DNA of 63,836 nucleotides, counting the filler, from Octopus bimaculoides (Eukaryota): assembly GCF_001194135.2 (NCBI RefSeq). It is 7 parts of 7 records of this genome, joined end to end, with 100 filler letters (N's around TTAATTAATTAA, not from the genome) between each part and the next. Parts side by side here need not be neighbours in the genome. Positions count along the whole stretch, not along the records: positions 60,472 to 62,617 come from NW_026435828.1; positions 62,718 to 63,836 come from NW_026370805.1; 5 more parts are not named here. One strand, written 5' to 3'. The position numbers and the translations under genes are program-made. How positions within the stretch are numbered: the first letter of the stretch is position 1; each line of letters starts with the position of its first letter. Of the stretch, positions 60,556-63,836 are shown piece after piece. The notes under the pieces are model-generated. The model was given only the letters and a program-made list of their open reading frames with translations, was not told where the DNA came from and ran no database searches.

Positions 60556-63074
60556 ACTCCATACCATCACCATCAACATATCCGCCAGTACTCACTGTCG
60601 AGCTTACTGCAATATCCTTGACAGAAAGTACATTTTGTATAGCTGCACACGCAGGCGCGCACATATACATATACACACACTCAGAAAAGCGAGCTTATTC
60701 ACATATCTATATCTATGTCTCTCTCTCTCTCTCTCTCTACATACATAAATGTATATATATAAGTATATGTATGTATGTATATGGTATAGCAATACAATAC
60801 TAGATGTAAAATATCTAAATACGAAAGTCTAACGTCAAATAACTGTCAAAGCATTTAGCATCGGAATCAATATTAAAAAAAGCAGTTTTTTGTTTTATGT
60901 TTTATTTTTGTTTTATTTCCTTCCTCGTTTTTATTTGTTTACATTTTTATTGAAATTTTGTTTGGTTTTCTTTTTTTTTTTTTTTTTGGCTTTCAGTACC
61001 GATGTTGGGGCTGCTTTGGTATGAGAAGTCTGGCAACATGAAGACATGTCGCTAAGTTAAACTGTTAGACAACTCCACATTGCGCTTTTGTGATTGTCAA
61101 CATGTTGTTTGCATGAAGAATGAATGGTATTGAGGTCGAACTGTCACTTGATTCCATCAATCATTTACTAATAGTGATTACATCGACCTAATCCAAAAAC
61201 CCCCCCAAAATATCTCTTATTTCTTATTTCTGCAAATAATTTTTTAAAGTTTTCGTTTTATATATTTAGTTCTTCTGGGGGAAGTTTTTGGAGGGAGGAG
61301 TGCTGAACGCGTTGAGTGGAGATTTTGTGCGNNNNNNNNNNNNNNNNNNNNNNNNNNNNNNNNNNNNNNNNNNNNNNNNNNNNNNNNNNNNNNNNNNNNN
61401 NNNNNNNNNNNNNNNNNNNNNNNNNNNNNNNNNNNNNNNNNNNNNNNNNNNNNNNNNNNNNNNNNNNNNNNNNNNNNNNNNNNNNNNNNNNNNNNNNNNN
61501 NNNNNNNNNNNNNNNNNNNNNNNNNNNNNNNNNNNNNNNNNNNNNNNNNNNNNNNNNNNNNNNNNNNNNNNNNNNNNNNNNNNNNNNNNNNNNNNNNNNN
61601 NNNNNNNNNNNNNNNNNNNNNNNNNNNNNNNNNNNNNNNNNNNNNNNNNNNNNNNNNNNNNNNNNNNNNNNNNNNNNNNNNNNNNNNNNNNNNNNNNNNN
61701 NNNNNNNNNNNNNNNNNNNNNNNNNNNNNNNNNNNNNNNNNNNNNNNNNNNNNNNNNNNNNNNNNNNNNNNNNNNNNNNNNNNNNNNNNNNNNNNNNNNN
61801 NNNNNNNNNNNNNNNNNNNNNNNNNNNNNNNNNNNNNNNNNNNNNNNNNNNNNNNNNNNNNNNNNNNNNNNNNNNNNNNNNNNNNNNNNNNNNNNNNNNN
61901 NNNNNNNNNNNNNNNNNNNNNNNNNNNNNNNNNNNNNNNNNNNNNNNNNNNNNNNNNNNNNNNNNNNNNNNNNNNNNNNNNNNNNNNNNNNNNNNNNNNN
62001 NNNNNNNNNNNNNNNNNNNNNNNNNNNNNNNNNNNNNNNNNNNNNNNNNNNNNNNNNNNNNNNNNNNNNNNNNNNNNNNNNNNNNNNNNNNNNNNNNNNN
62101 NNNNNNNNNNNNNNNNNNNNNNNNNNNNNNNNNNNNNNNNAATTGTATGTGTGTAAATATGTGCGTGTGTGTGTGTGTGTGTACATACATTTATATAAGT
62201 CTGCTTTCTTGAATCATTGCTGACGTTTATTTAAAATTTGTTTCCTCTTTCGTTGACATTTTTATTACTATTACTATTATCATTATTAACATTATCATTA
62301 TCATTATTATTATTATCATTATTATTATTAGTTAAAATATTTTCATTGTCATGAATTTTCTTACATTTAAATGAATATTGTTTCTGCTACTTGTCTACAT
62401 GTTAGCTGTGGATGCAGTGTTTTTCTTTTTATTCCTCTTCTTATTCCAGTTGCTGTTGTTAACCGCTGTATTCTTATATTTTGGTATTTTTGATTTTTGT
62501 TTTTTGTTTTTCGTATTTGTTTTTGTTTTTTGGGGCGGACTTATTTTTTTGCTTACTGAATCTAAGCATCTCTTAGCCTTTCTATATGTGTGTATGTGTG
62601 TGTGTGTACGTATATATNNNNNNNNNNNNNNNNNNNNNNNNNNNNNNNNNNNNNNNNNNNNTTAATTAATTAANNNNNNNNNNNNNNNNNNNNNNNNNNN
62701 NNNNNNNNNNNNNNNNNTTGCTTTTAACAATTCTCATTAGACAAATATCTGTCAAATGTAAATAATGTAAATAATTTCCTCTGCATGTCTAAAAAAAAAA
62801 AAGGGGGCAACTAAAAGAGGTTAAGGTAGGATTTGCACTCTGACCTCGTAAAACCCTCACCAGCAACAACTACCAAAACAGACCCTTGGGTAGGAGGGTT
62901 GTTGCTTGAGGGGTGAAAAAGGTGTCGTCCACTAGGAGTAATAAAGGAAATCACCAACAGGTGATGGATACAGTGAGACACAGTTGCAGGGCATGCCCCC
63001 TCTTATACTGCTACTTGTATTTGTGAAACGAGTTAAATTATTAAGTGAAAAATTGGAAATGTTAATGTTATCTT

Positions 63075-63836
63075 TTATCTTCTACTTGCTTCAGCTATTG
63101 GATCAAGGCCATGCCGGGGCATCGTCTTGAAGGGCTTAGCTCAACAAACTGATCCTTGTATTTTTTTCTGTTTCTTAAAACCTGGTACTTATTCTATCAG
63201 ACTCTCTTTGCTGAACCGCTACATTACAGGGACATAAACAAACCATCACCAGTTGCCAAGCAGTGGTGGAGAAAGATGCACACAAAAGTACACACGCACA
63301 CATATTAGCGGAGTATGATGTTGCCAGGTAATTTTCAAAATAGAATGCCTTGGCGGACTTTCAGAATAGTACACCCACATAAACACACACACACGCACTC
63401 ACACAAGTCCTCTCACACTCACAAACACACACACATGCACTCACACAAGTCCTCTCACACTCACAAACACACACACACAAGCTTCTTTCAGTTTTTGTCT
63501 ATGAAATTCACTGACAAGGTTTTGGTCTTTGCCCAAGGGGCTATGCTGGGAGACTGAACCCGGAACCATGTGGTTTGTAAGCAAGCTACTTACCACACAG
63601 CCACTCTACACCTCTATGCTGGGGGACTGAACCCAGAACCATGTGGTTGGGAAGCAAACTTCTTATTTCTTTACTGCCCACAAGGGGCTACATACAGAAG
63701 GGACAAACAAGGACAGACAAACGGATTAAGTCGATTACATCGATCCCCAGTGCATAACTGGTACTTATTCAATCGACCCCGAAAGGATGAAAGGCAAAGT
63801 TGACCTCGGCGGAATTTGAACTCAGAACATAACAGC
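63075..63836 (-). mobile_element. Cluster of SINEs (CORE-like halves with internal repeat; Meta-domain-like copy at 63660-63836)
   Basis: Reverse complements of the CORE-like tail (63075-63290) and head (63480-63670); GAAAGGATGAAAGGCAAAGTTGACCTCGGCGGAATTTGAACTCAG at the window end. Confidence 0.75.

Overview
AT-rich, gap-ridden eukaryotic genomic DNA with no host gene I can support. It reads as intergenic or deep intronic. The SINE families and microsatellite load look like an octopod cephalopod draft assembly, but that is inferred from remembered repeat families, not a database search. Almost all informative sequence is decayed mobile DNA. It includes five Penelope-like element (PLE) ORF remnants with RT and/or GIY-YIG, an internally deleted Ty3/Gypsy LTR element with both LTRs, PBS and PPT, and several RLE-type non-LTR remnants (HERO-like; R4/Dong-like at (TAA)n). 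There are also RTE- and CR1-like LINE pieces, mariner and maT-like transposase remnants, two Helitron 3' ends and many tRNA-derived SINEs. The main hidden signal is RNA structure. More than a dozen hammerhead-ribozyme (HHR) motifs fall into at least five sequence-unrelated families, usually 40-250 bp from a terminus abutting a microsatellite. Highlights are a ~630-bp fold-back palindrome carrying one canonical-core HHR on each strand (39100-39729) and a pair of homologous elements whose HHRs covary in all three stems (29-73, 16139-16181). A further element has one cleavage site that can be served either by an upstream type I core or by a downstream order-permuted core (19267-19372, relative at 13452-13512). 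All folds were worked out by eye and none is experimentally or computationally validated. Boundaries of decayed elements are approximate.
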